From a virus: 64,000 bases of DNA. The notes beneath the pieces are model-generated. The model was not told the DNA's origin. It searched no databases and was given only the letters and a program-made list of their open reading frames with translations. Location: positions 21,091 to 85,090 of IMG/VR virus record IMGVR_UViG_3300032174_000002, one strand, 5' to 3'. Positions 9,424 through 18,021 of the stretch are shown here, one piece after another; position 1 is the stretch's first letter; each line of letters starts with the position of its first letter. The position numbers were made by a program, and so were the translations under genes.

Positions 9424-9630
9424 ACATTGCCCCTGCGCCGTCTTCCCCCGGCGCTTTGACGGGCGGGCCGCCCGGGCCATTTGTCTCACCAGAGTTGCCG
9501 ACGGGCTATTACCCGCCAGACAAGCACCGCGAATCGAACGCGGCTCCCTTCGCTCCAGCCCTCGGCCAGCGAGACGGATACGAGCCGTCCCTACCTCGGC
9601 CCCGCGCGGCGGGACTCAGGAAGAGGCGGC
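9424..9630 (-). ncRNA. Candidate multi-hairpin structured RNA between tRNA-Trp and tRNA-Pro
   Basis: About seven hairpins including CCGCG-TTCGATT-CGCGG (T-arm); ends can pair; no convincing ORF. Confidence 0.55.
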
Positions 9631-9706
9631 TGGCGGGACCGGCAGGAATCGAACCTGCCCGCGGGGTTTTGGAGACCCTGCCGCCGGCCTTGGGTCATGC
9701 GATCCC
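9631..9706 (-). tRNA. tRNA-Trp(CCA), degenerate D-arm
   Basis: Acceptor GGGATCG/CGGTCCC, loop CTCCAAA, GCAGG-TTCGATT-CCTGC, GCCA end. Confidence 0.75.
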
Positions 9707-9708
9707 GA

Positions 9709-9786
9709 TGGTTGCGCGGGCCCGAGTCGAACGGGCGACCTGTAGGTTATGAGCCTACCGAGCTTCCACGGCTGCTCCACCGCGCA
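9709..9786 (-). tRNA. tRNA-Met(CAT), initiator-derived
   Basis: Full cloverleaf, D-stem GAGC/GCTC (A11:U24), loop CTCATAA, ACCA end. Confidence 0.9.
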
Positions 9787-9795
9787 GGCTGAAGT

Positions 9796-10596
9796 CTACA
9801 GCATCCAGGGCTGCTCGGGGACCGCTGATGCTGCGACCGACGCCGGCGCCACGCCCTCGCGCTTCTCCGCCGCCCGCGCCTGCTCGACCGCCACGGCAAA
9901 CGCCTCCGGGTGCTGGTCCTGCGCCAGGACGACGCCCGGCCGGCGCACCCACCGGCCCTTGACCTCGCCCGGCACGAGCCAGTGGTGGTACCACCGCGAT
10001 GGTGCCATGTCGAAGTGGCGAAGGTCGGCGATGGTCACCCAGCCCCGGACCTCGAGGAGAGCCAGGAGCCGCAATGCCCGCACCTTCCATTCGGTGAGGC
10101 GGATCGGGGACGAGACGCCGGCGGGGACGGTCGGAACGACGGGGGGAAGCCAGGCCGGCTGCTCGAAGTGCTGCGGCGGCCAATGCTCGAGCAGGACCTC
10201 GAGGGCGGGCCAGACGATGCGCTCCGGCTCGCCGACGACGACATCGCCGCGGCGGGACTCCCAGCCGCTGCGGACCCGCGGCGCGATCACCCGGAAGCCG
10301 TAGCCCTCCGCGACGGTCTCGAGGTCCCCGTCATGCTCCGGCACCAACAGCCCGATGAACTGCGGGCCGAAGGTCCGCGGCGCCCAGCCCCTCAGCCCGG
10401 CGCGCTCGACCGCCTGCGCCACCAGGTGCAGGTTCGCCCGCAGCTTCGCCTCGATCCCGATCTGCACCTCGCCCTTGACGAGCAGGAGATCCCAGCCGCT
10501 CGTCTCCGGGTACGGAACCCAGCCCTGCTCACGGCAGGCGGCGGCGAAGCTCTGGCAGAGGAGGAACTCGGAGGCGAAGAGGGGGGAGCGCTTCAT
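9796..10596 (-). CDS. Phage protein with PD-(D/E)xK-like motif
   Basis: YPET.GWDLLLV...QIGIEAK. Confidence 0.55.
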   Translation of the reverse strand: MKRSPLFASEFLLCQSFAAACREQGWVPYPETSGWDLLLVKGEVQIGIEAKLRANLHLVAQAVERAGLRGWAPRTFGPQFIGLLVPEHDGDLETVAEGYGFRVIAPRVRSGWESRRGDVVVGEPERIVWPALEVLLEHWPPQHFEQPAWLPPVVPTVPAGVSSPIRLTEWKVRALRLLALLEVRGWVTIADLRHFDMAPSRWYHHWLVPGEVKGRWVRRPGVVLAQDQHPEAFAVAVEQARAAEKREGVAPASVAASAVPEQPWML

Positions 10597-10952
10597 GGGC
10601 GCCGAGGCCCCTTGAACAGCTCCTGTTGGACGGCGGGCGCCCTGGCGCTCCATGTCGCCGCATGAACCGGACAGAGATCGTAGTCCTCCCCGATCACCGT
10701 CCGGCAGCACCAGCACAGCGGAAGATCGCACGTCTTCCCGCCGCCCACAGGCTGATCGCAAAGGAAGTCGGCCGAATGGCCGCACCGGCAGACCGGCTCC
10801 GGCTTGATCTTGCCGCAGATGAAAACCGGCCCCTCGAATCGCGGCATCAAGCGAGTCTCGGCCTCCGGGATCGGGATCTGCCCGGCGGCGCGGGTCACGT
10901 CCGCCAACGTCTCGACCGGCGCGGACGGGCAGGGGAAGTAGACGCAGGACAT
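10593..10952 (-). CDS. Cys-rich zinc-binding phage protein
   Basis: CRCG..ADFLCD.P....TCDLPLC..C.......DLCPVH. Confidence 0.6.
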   Translation of the reverse strand: MSCVYFPCPSAPVETLADVTRAAGQIPIPEAETRLMPRFEGPVFICGKIKPEPVCRCGHSADFLCDQPVGGGKTCDLPLCWCCRTVIGEDYDLCPVHAATWSARAPAVQQELFKGPRRP

Positions 10953-10960
10953 GGCGGGAA

Positions 10961-11032
10961 TGGCCGGCCCGGTTTCAGGGCTGGAGTCGAACCAGCGGGC
11001 GCCCACTCCCGGGTCCCTTCCGGCACCGGCCG
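10961..11032 (-). ncRNA. Candidate tRNA-like 72-nt RNA
   Basis: Starts 6 nt after TATAAT; paired ends, GCTGG-TTCGACT-CCAGC T-arm, 3' GCCA. Confidence 0.5.
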
Positions 11033-11038
11033 AAGGCG

Positions 11039-11044
11039 ATTATA
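11039..11044 (-). promoter_or_regulatory. Consensus -10 box (TATAAT) heading the tRNA/late leftward unit
   Basis: Perfect TATAAT in very GC-rich DNA; no canonical -35. Confidence 0.55.
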
Positions 11045-11466
11045 TCCGATCCCCCCGCGCCCGATTTCGTGGGCCTTTCTGTCCCGCCTCGTGTCCATGC
11101 CATCCCTCGCTGCCGCATGCACTTGCGGCCGTTCTGTCCGCTTCCGTGTCCCGCCTGACGTCCAGGAACTCGGCGCACGCCAGCGCCTGGTCCGCGCACT
11201 GCCGGCAGTGGCAGAGGTGCTCGAGGACGCCGCGAGCTCGCCACCGCCAGGCGAGCCGCGGCCGGTGGCTGAGGTGGGCGATGAGCAGCGCGGGGGCCGG
11301 GTGCCAGCCGGGGTCCGGCGGATCGGAGCGACCGGCAAAGCGCGGGCCTCCGCGCCAGTATCGCCGGGCAAGACTGGCGCAGGCGGCGCGGATGAGGGAG
11401 TCGAGCTCGGGAGCGTCCATGCCAGGCAAAGACACCGCTGCTGGCGGATTGTTTAGACAGGGGGAC

Positions 11467-11495
11467 TTGACGTTTGCGCAGCGCTGGTGTAACGT
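11467..11495 (+). promoter_or_regulatory. Sigma70-type promoter, leaderless
   Basis: TTGACG-17-TAACGT, ATG 6 nt downstream. Confidence 0.65.
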
Positions 11496-11501
11496 ACCGA
11501 C

Positions 11502-11696
11502 ATGGCCACCAACCGCGACACCCATTCACACTTCTGCCCACACTGCTCGCAGCATGTACAGTGCCCGACGACCGAGCACGGCGGCCCGTGCCTCACCCCG
11601 CCGCATGTGGCGATGACCTGCAACCCGTGCGCGGAGCGGATGGTCTGGCCGGCGATCGCCGCCGCGGCCGCTCGCCGCCAGCCCGCAACCACCTGA
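11502..11696 (+). CDS. Small Cys/His-rich protein
   Basis: HSHFCPHC..C..C..CNPC; directly behind promoter. Confidence 0.5.
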   Translation: MATNRDTHSHFCPHCSQHVQCPTTEHGGPCLTPPHVAMTCNPCAERMVWPAIAAAAARRQPATT

Positions 11697-11724
11697 CCCA
11701 GCCCGAGAGGCCGGAGGGACCGAC

Positions 11725-12312
11725 ATGGACGCATATCGCTACGAGGTGAAGTACTTCGACGCCGAGCTGAGCAGGCAGGGGAGGGGCGGCGTGCGCGTCC
11801 GCTCCTTCACCAGCTACGATGCGGCGGCCACGTTTGCCGCCGCGAACAAGCTCTACGCCCAGCCCTGCACCGTGTTCGACCGGCAAGAGTTGGCGGCGGG
11901 CACCAGCTTCGAGGCCTCCTCGCCCTGCCAGCTCGGCGGCGACCTGGTGGCGCTGGCGCAGCGCTACGCCCCGGCGCTCCCGAAGGAGGTGCGCGCCATC
12001 CTGATGCTGGCGGCCCGGATCTACCAGGAGTCGGGCGAGCCCGACCTGTCGATCCGCTGCCAGGAGACGGCGGCCGGGATCAAGGAGGCGACTGCGCTGC
12101 CGAGGTCACGGCCGTTCGTCCCGAGCGCGGCCGCGGCGGAGCGCCGGCGCGTCGCCGATCCGTCCTATGTCCCGACGCTCGACGAGGCGCTCCGGCATCC
12201 CGACGCTTTCGTCGAGGGGATGATCGAGACCGCCGGCGAGGTGCGCCTCGGTGCCGGCCGCTGCCCGGCGAGCTTGCTGGCGCCGGTTACACCGCGCGGG
12301 AACCGCCGGTGA
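11725..12312 (+). CDS. Hypothetical protein
   Basis: GGAGG RBS; GC-biased third positions. Confidence 0.6.
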   Translation: MDAYRYEVKYFDAELSRQGRGGVRVRSFTSYDAAATFAAANKLYAQPCTVFDRQELAAGTSFEASSPCQLGGDLVALAQRYAPALPKEVRAILMLAARIYQESGEPDLSIRCQETAAGIKEATALPRSRPFVPSAAAAERRRVADPSYVPTLDEALRHPDAFVEGMIETAGEVRLGAGRCPASLLAPVTPRGNRR

Positions 12313-12578
12313 TCCTCTACCACGGCGAGCGCCGCACCCCGAAGGAACTCGCGGCCATCCTGGTCAGGGAGAAGCTCGAGGAGCTACCGGCCGACTGGAC
12401 GCCGGAGAACATCCCAGGCGAGCAGCCGACGCCGGGCGAGCGCCTGGCGGTCATCGAGCAGATCGCCAAGTACCGGGCGCGCTTCTACAAGATCCTGTCG
12501 GTCATGGACGGCGAGGAGCCGGCGGACCTCGGCGCCGCTGGTCAGGTGCTGCGCGACATCCTGGAGCCGCGGTCATGA
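12309..12578 (+). CDS. Hypothetical protein
   Basis: GTGA overlap. Confidence 0.55.
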   Translation: MILYHGERRTPKELAAILVREKLEELPADWTPENIPGEQPTPGERLAVIEQIAKYRARFYKILSVMDGEEPADLGAAGQVLRDILEPRS

Positions 12579-12799
12579 GCGCCGCCTATCACTGCGACGC
12601 CTGCGGCAAGCTCGCCGAGCCCACGGATATCGTCTCCTTCGAGAATGTGGACACCTGGAAGAACGAGACGGATGGCGAGGCGTCCTGGAGCCGTATCGAC
12701 ATCTGCCGCGCCTGCTGGCCTCGCCCCTTCGGCGAGGTGCTCCAGGCGGCCTGCATCGGCTTCGACAAGAGGGCGCCGAGGAAGAAGGCGCGGTCATGA
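12575..12799 (+). CDS. Zinc-ribbon protein
   Basis: CDACG...DICRAC; ATGA overlaps. Confidence 0.55.
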   Translation: MSAAYHCDACGKLAEPTDIVSFENVDTWKNETDGEASWSRIDICRACWPRPFGEVLQAACIGFDKRAPRKKARS

Positions 12800-13176
12800 C
12801 CGCCCTCCGCTGGATTGGCCTCGGCATCCTGGCCTACGGCTTCCTGTGCTTCGAGTTGGGAGTCTGGTGCGGCAGCCGCCGGTTCGAGGCTCAGACTCGG
12901 GAGTTGCGCGCGAAGGCTGCGCGGGTGGCACGGAGGCTGGCCCCACTTCTGCTCCTGTCCGTGTTGCCGGCGGCTGGCTGCGGTCCGATCGCTACGCCGC
13001 CAGATCGCGGCGCCGCAGCGGTCAGCGCCCTCGCTTACGTCCGCGACGACAGATCCAATCTCTGTTTCGCGGTGGTCACCAGCAACAGCTTCGGCGGCTG
13101 GATGATCACGTCGATCGCCGGCATTCCCTGCACCCCTGAAGTGATGCGGCTGGTCGGCCGCGGGAGCATCCAATGA
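12796..13176 (+). CDS. Membrane/lipoprotein-like protein
   Basis: N-terminal TM and internal LLLLSVLPAAGC lipobox-like segment. Confidence 0.5.
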   Translation: MTALRWIGLGILAYGFLCFELGVWCGSRRFEAQTRELRAKAARVARRLAPLLLLSVLPAAGCGPIATPPDRGAAAVSALAYVRDDRSNLCFAVVTSNSFGGWMITSIAGIPCTPEVMRLVGRGSIQ

Positions 13177-13359
13177 GAAACGCAAGGAAGCAGCGCGAAG
13201 CGCGGCGAGCGCGGACGCGGCAGCAAAACGCGCAGCTCGAAGGTGACGGCGCCCTACGGGACACCATCGAGGCGCCCTCGCATGAGTCGCCGGACGAGCC
13301 CTACGATTTTGCCGCCGACGACCTGGCCTTCGACGCCGCCAGGGAGAGGAGCATGGGCC

Positions 13360-13869
13360 ATGGCCGCTCCCGCGATTGAGACCATCCTGTCGCAGATCCG
13401 CAACCTCGAGCACGCCGCCTACCGCGCGGCGGCTGCGGCCTGCCAGACCGCCCGGCTCCACGTCGGGACCGCCGAGCGCCGATGGGAGAGGACCGAGCGC
13501 GAGCAGATCGAGCGCCGGGAGCTGGGCCTCCGCGCTGGCCAGATCGAGACCTTGCGCCGGAAACTCGCCCGGATCGAGGCGCGACTCCATGCAGCCGTCG
13601 CTCCCTGCGCCTCGTGTGGCGAGGACGCACCGGCCGGCGCCACCATCTGCCCCGAGTGCGGCGCCGATCCGGCCGCCAAGACAGCCGCCTGCTCCAACTG
13701 TGAGGGGACCGCCGAGTACGAGCGCCAGACCGGCAGGGCACCCTGGCTGACCGTGACGGAACCTTGCCGACACTGCACCGATGGCCAGGTCGAGGCTCCC
13801 TTCCTACTCGAACGGGTGCGGGCTCTCGGGGAGCCGTGGGCGATGGAAGCGGCGGGAGGGCCGCGATGA
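13360..13869 (+). CDS. Coiled-coil plus zinc-ribbon protein
   Basis: Four CxxC pairs; GGAG RBS. Confidence 0.55.
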   Translation: MAAPAIETILSQIRNLEHAAYRAAAAACQTARLHVGTAERRWERTEREQIERRELGLRAGQIETLRRKLARIEARLHAAVAPCASCGEDAPAGATICPECGADPAAKTAACSNCEGTAEYERQTGRAPWLTVTEPCRHCTDGQVEAPFLLERVRALGEPWAMEAAGGPR

Positions 13870-14669
13870 GGCTCGACCCCGAAGTCCGCGAGGTCCTCGA
13901 CCACGGCGCCCTCTTCGTCGCCAACCATAGCGGCGGCAAGGACAGCCAGGCGATGCTCATCCGGCTGCTTGAAACGGTGCCGCGCGAGCAGCTCGTGGCC
14001 GTGCACGCCGCCCTTGGCGAGGTCGAGTGGCCCGGCGCTTTGGAGCACGCCGAGCGCCAGGCGCAGGATGCCGGGCTGCCGTTCCTGGTCGCTCGCGCCG
14101 GCATCTCGCTGCTCGAGATGGTCGAGCGCCGCTACAGCCGGCGGCCGGAGGTCCCGTCCTGGCCCTCCGCCTCGACGCGGCAGTGCACCTCCGATCTGAA
14201 GCGCGGGCCGATCGCGCGCGAGGTCCGCCGGTTCGCCAAGGCGCACGGCTTCTCGGTGCTGGTCAACTGCCTGGGCATCAGGGCGGCCGAGAGCCCCCGC
14301 CGCGCCGTCGCCGCAACCTGGTCGGCAAACGCCCGCGCGACGACGCATCGCCGGCAGTGGTTCGATTGGCTGCCGATCCACGCCATGAACACGGTGGAGG
14401 TCTTCGAGACGATCCGCGCGGCCGGCCAGCAGCCCCATCCCGCCTACGCCGGCGGCAACGAGCGGCTGTCATGCATTTTCTGCATCTTGGGCTCCGCCGC
14501 GGACGCTCGTAACGGCGCCATCCGCCACCCCGACCTGTTCGCCCGCTACGTCGAGCTGGAGCGCCGGACCGGCTACACAGCGCACCAGTCGCGCCGGAGC
14601 CTCGAAGAGGTCGCCGGCCTGACCGTCGAGCAGGCTCGCGAGCTGCATGCCGCGGAGGCTCCGCGATGA
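13866..14669 (+). CDS. PAPS reductase (DndC-like PP-loop) family protein
   Basis: SGGKDS, CTSDLKRGPI, GIRAAESPRR, HPAY, RLSCIFC. Confidence 0.85.
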   Translation: MRLDPEVREVLDHGALFVANHSGGKDSQAMLIRLLETVPREQLVAVHAALGEVEWPGALEHAERQAQDAGLPFLVARAGISLLEMVERRYSRRPEVPSWPSASTRQCTSDLKRGPIAREVRRFAKAHGFSVLVNCLGIRAAESPRRAVAATWSANARATTHRRQWFDWLPIHAMNTVEVFETIRAAGQQPHPAYAGGNERLSCIFCILGSAADARNGAIRHPDLFARYVELERRTGYTAHQSRRSLEEVAGLTVEQARELHAAEAPR

Positions 14670-14934
14670 CCTTCATGCCCTACGGCACCCTGACCGACAA
14701 CGCCCCGATCCACCCAGGACGGAAGCCGAGGAGCAACCGCCAGGTCTTCCGGGTTACCAAGTCGCCGATCTGCGAGTACAACCCGGCTGGCAAGAATTGG
14801 GTGGCGATGCTGTCCGACCGCTTCCATGGCCTCGCCGTCGTCGAGGTGGACGTCTACCTGCCTGGCGCCCCCTCCCTCCGGCTTTGTGATGACTGTGCTC
14901 GACGGTTCCCGCGGCGTAGGGTGCGGGCGCTGCG

Positions 14935-15270
14935 ATGAAGCTGGTCTGCCTCCTGCTCGGCGGCCCGACCTACACGATCGACGGGATGCCCTTTGAGTGG
15001 CACCCTCGCCTCGGCCCCGCCCTGCTCGGCAAGAAGGGCCAGGTCCTCGCCAGCCAGCCAGGCCCGCGGCACCGCTTCTGGAAAGCGATCGATTGGTGGC
15101 GGGAACAGGGCTGCCGGGTGACGGACGCAGGGGTCTGCATCTACGAGGAGCCGCCGGCGCCGGTCTACGTACAGATCGTCGGTCGCCATTACGCCGAGGT
15201 GGCGCCCGGCCGAACGCCGGAGGATGTGCGCCGCGAATGGCTGGCGAAGATCGAACGGGAGCCGCGATGA
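14935..15270 (+). CDS. Hypothetical protein
   Basis: FEWHPRLGP motif; ATGA overlaps. Confidence 0.55.
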   Translation: MKLVCLLLGGPTYTIDGMPFEWHPRLGPALLGKKGQVLASQPGPRHRFWKAIDWWREQGCRVTDAGVCIYEEPPAPVYVQIVGRHYAEVAPGRTPEDVRREWLAKIEREPR

Positions 15271-15713
15271 TGCGCCGCTCCCCGCTCCGCCGCATCGGCA
15301 AGAAGACGGCCGCCAGGATGGCCCATGGAACGCCACGCCGTCCGCTCCCGGCCCGCAACCCCGAGCGCCAGGAGGCGAGTTACAGGCGAAACTACGCCGG
15401 TCCTCTGCCCGGCGACTACCGGCTACGTATCGTGGTGATGCCCTGTGCGGCCTGCGGGCGCCGGGCACCCTCCGAGCCGGCCCACGTCCGCGCCCGCGGG
15501 ATGGGAGGGGCCAAAGGGTGCTGGAGGGACCTGGCGCCGCTCTGCGGGCCGCGGTTCGGCGACGTCGGCTGTCATCGGCTCTTCGACGGCGACAGGGCCG
15601 CCTTCCGGGCGCGCTTCCCCGGCCTCGACCTGGCGGCGATCGCGGCCGAGCTCGCCGCGGCGTACCTGGCGGAATTGGGGCTCGCGGTGGACGCTCCCCC
15701 AGCGCTGCGCTAA
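15267..15713 (+). CDS. HNH-like (Ref/DUF968-type) nuclease
   Basis: PCAACG..SEPAH....GMG.....PLC.....CH. Confidence 0.65.
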   Translation: MMRRSPLRRIGKKTAARMAHGTPRRPLPARNPERQEASYRRNYAGPLPGDYRLRIVVMPCAACGRRAPSEPAHVRARGMGGAKGCWRDLAPLCGPRFGDVGCHRLFDGDRAAFRARFPGLDLAAIAAELAAAYLAELGLAVDAPPALR

Positions 15714-15725
15714 CCTTCCATCCTG

Positions 15726-16058
15726 ATGAGCGACCCCGCGAAGCCCCTCACCCCCTCCGAGATGGGCCGCCGCGGAGGCGCCCGGTCGACGGCTGCCCAG
15801 AAGGCCGCGGGCCGGCGCAACCTCCGCTCGGCGGCGAGGGCCCGGAAGCGGGCGCTCCGCGCCCAGGCCGAGGCGGCGGCCCAGATTCCGATCGGCAACA
15901 CGGTCGACGAAAAGCTGGCGGCGGGGAGGGAGATGCTCGCCGGCGGGGCGTCCCTGGCCGCGGTGGGACGGCGCCTGAAACTCTCCCGGGAACGGGTACG
16001 GCAGGCTCTCGGAGAGTTTGCCGCCGAATGCCGGGCGGCGCGGCGGCGGCCGGAGTAA
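15726..16058 (+). CDS. Sigma70 region-4-like HTH protein
   Basis: SLAAVGRRLKLSRERVRQ. Confidence 0.6.
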   Translation: MSDPAKPLTPSEMGRRGGARSTAAQKAAGRRNLRSAARARKRALRAQAEAAAQIPIGNTVDEKLAAGREMLAGGASLAAVGRRLKLSRERVRQALGEFAAECRAARRRPE

Positions 16059-16253
16059 CCGCCTCTCAACTCAGGCGGGATCCCCGCAGGTTGATGCTCG
16101 GGCTTCCGGGAAGGATTCGCTCGACCTTGAGCCGCCCCTGGCAGGGATCGCAGCCGGCCGGCTTGTCCCCGCACATACCGCCACGCCTCCGGCTAGCAAA
16201 CCCCTCGAGCCATCGACAGCCGCAGCGTTCGCAGATCAGGTGGACGTCGGCCT

Positions 16254-17003
16254 TCATGGAGCCGCCATGAGCGATCCCTGGACCGCCGCGAGGCTCAGAT
16301 CGGCGACGAGGCCGCCGACGATGCGCCGGTAGAAGCCGTCCCCCCACTCCCGCAATTCCTCATCCCCGAGATTGGTGGTGATGATCGTCGGCCGGCTCTG
16401 CGACTGCCGCTCCTCGAGCAGCGTCCAGACCCGCTCATGGCGGTTGTAGGAGAACGACTCCCGCCGGCGCAGGTCGTCGATGACCAGGATGCCGGCGCAG
16501 GCGTAGTTCATCATCGCCTCGTCCTGGAAGGCGTCGAGGTTCAACTGGTGGGCGGGGAGCCAGCGGCCGATCCGGCCGGCGCGCAGCACCTCGTCGAACA
16601 TGGCGGCCGCGATGTGGGTCTTGCCGATGTTTGAGACGCCGCGGACCAGGAGGATGGGCAGGTAGCTCTCGTCGCGCGTCCAGAACCGGAAGGCGGCCAC
16701 GGCGGGCGGCATCCGCATCCGGCTGCCATCCCAGGTCTCCCAGGTCATCCGGCAGTAGGAGGCGGGGACGCCAGACCGGCGCCGGTCGTCGCGCGCCTTG
16801 TCGGGGTTGAAGTGCATGAAGGTCGCCTCGCTCTTGCACTTCTCGCAGCCGCCGTTCGCGAGCTCGTACTGCGTCATCGCGGCACCGCACGGACAGAGTT
16901 TGCCGCTCGGCGAGCCGAGCCACCGCTCGATCCCCTCAGTGCTGGTCTCGGGACAGCGGCTCGCCACGTCCCGGTAGTGCCGGGGGGCTATCGATGGCTG
17001 CAT
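16254..17003 (-). CDS. DnaC/IstB-like AAA+ helicase loader
   Basis: GxxxxGKTH, LVIDDL, PTIITTNL; follows initiator gene. Confidence 0.8.
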   Translation of the reverse strand: MQPSIAPRHYRDVASRCPETSTEGIERWLGSPSGKLCPCGAAMTQYELANGGCEKCKSEATFMHFNPDKARDDRRRSGVPASYCRMTWETWDGSRMRMPPAVAAFRFWTRDESYLPILLVRGVSNIGKTHIAAAMFDEVLRAGRIGRWLPAHQLNLDAFQDEAMMNYACAGILVIDDLRRRESFSYNRHERVWTLLEERQSQSRPTIITTNLGDEELREWGDGFYRRIVGGLVADLSLAAVQGSLMAAP

Positions 17004-18021
17004 CTCGGTTCTCCTGTGGTTTCTTGAACATGCCGGCAGCTTCCATGCGTCGGATCTCCGCCTCGGCGCGGGATGCCTCGGCGGGGCTCATCTCGCGCGG
17101 TTTGAGGGTGCCTGGCGGCAGTTGGTTCTCGCGGGGGACGTCGAAGCGGCGGCCTTGAAGGCCTGACCCCGGCCGCGATGCGCCGTTCCCGTTCGCCGCT
17201 CGCTCGGTCGGTTGGTGATCCTGGGTGTCTCCGCACCGCTTGCCGAGCCAGGTGGCCATCCCCTCGTAGGTGCGTCGCTTGGCAGCGTGGTTGCGCGACC
17301 AGAGACGCAGGGCGGACAGGCGCTGCCGCACATCGACCCCCGGATAGGCGCGCTCGAGCTCGCTGACCAGGGCCGCTCTGACGCCGTACTCCACGGCCGA
17401 GCCGGCGTGCCCCCACCGCTCGTCTGGCGCCAGGCCTGCTGAGGACGTGTCCGCCAACTCCCTCCTCGGAGCCAAGTAGTGATCGGCGAGTTTCGGCGGC
17501 TGACCAGCGATCGGGATCCAGATCACCACGTCGGGGGCGCCCCCCGGCGGCCCCTTTCGCCGCTCAGCATCGTGCTCGCGCGCGCTGCTGCCGAGCCGAG
17601 GAGCGGGAGGGGTAAGGGGTGGGGATTGGGGGGTCTGGGGGGAAGGGGGCGGGGATGGGGGGGGTGAGGGGTCATGCCCATCTCTCCGGTGCCCTGCCGG
17701 TGCCCTGCCGGTGCCCTGCCGGTGCCCTGCCGGTGCTACGGCTGTGCCATCAGCCTGCCGGTGCCCTGCCGGTGCCCTGCCGGTGCCCTGCCGGTGCCCT
17801 GCCGGTGCTACGGCTGTGCCATCAGCCTGCCGGTGCCCTGCCGGTGCTACGGCTGTGCCCTGGCCGGTGCCAGGAGCGTCAGCATACGGCGTCCCCGCTG
17901 AATCAAGCGCCGCCTGAAGTAGCTGGCGAACGACCTCGGCGATACCAATGCCGCGGCGCCTCGCCTCAATCTCGAGCCGGAAGAGCACCGGCTCCGGTAA
18001 GTCGAGCGTGCGCTGCTTCAT
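16936..18021 (-). CDS. Putative replication initiator (lambda O-like position) with internal repeats
   Basis: Upstream of DnaC-like gene; internal direct repeats; C-terminal AYPGVDV...W..N..KR....WL domain. Confidence 0.65.
   Translation of the reverse strand: MKQRTLDLPEPVLFRLEIEARRRGIGIAEVVRQLLQAALDSAGTPYADAPGTGQGTAVAPAGHRQADGTAVAPAGHRQGTGRAPAGHRQADGTAVAPAGHRQGTGRAPAGHRRDGHDPSPPPSPPPSPQTPQSPPLTPPAPRLGSSAREHDAERRKGPPGGAPDVVIWIPIAGQPPKLADHYLAPRRELADTSSAGLAPDERWGHAGSAVEYGVRAALVSELERAYPGVDVRQRLSALRLWSRNHAAKRRTYEGMATWLGKRCGDTQDHQPTERAANGNGASRPGSGLQGRRFDVPRENQLPPGTLKPREMSPAEASRAEAEIRRMEAAGMFKKPQENRDAAIDSPPALPGRGEPLSRDQH
17686..17871. repeat. Iteron-like tandem repeat, probable origin
   Basis: (CCGGTGCCCTG)x4 + 28-mer, twice (72-bp unit), then a partial third unit. 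Confidence 0.85.

Noticed and set aside
9346-9786. Host tRNA attachment site marking a prophage end
   Set aside because: Phage genes continue on both sides; no integrase or duplicated tRNA 3' end
16254-17003. IS21 istB transposition gene
   Set aside because: No istA transposase; position after initiator fits a helicase loader
17686-17871. CRISPR array
   Set aside because: Tandem repeats without unique spacers, in frame within a gene; no cas genes
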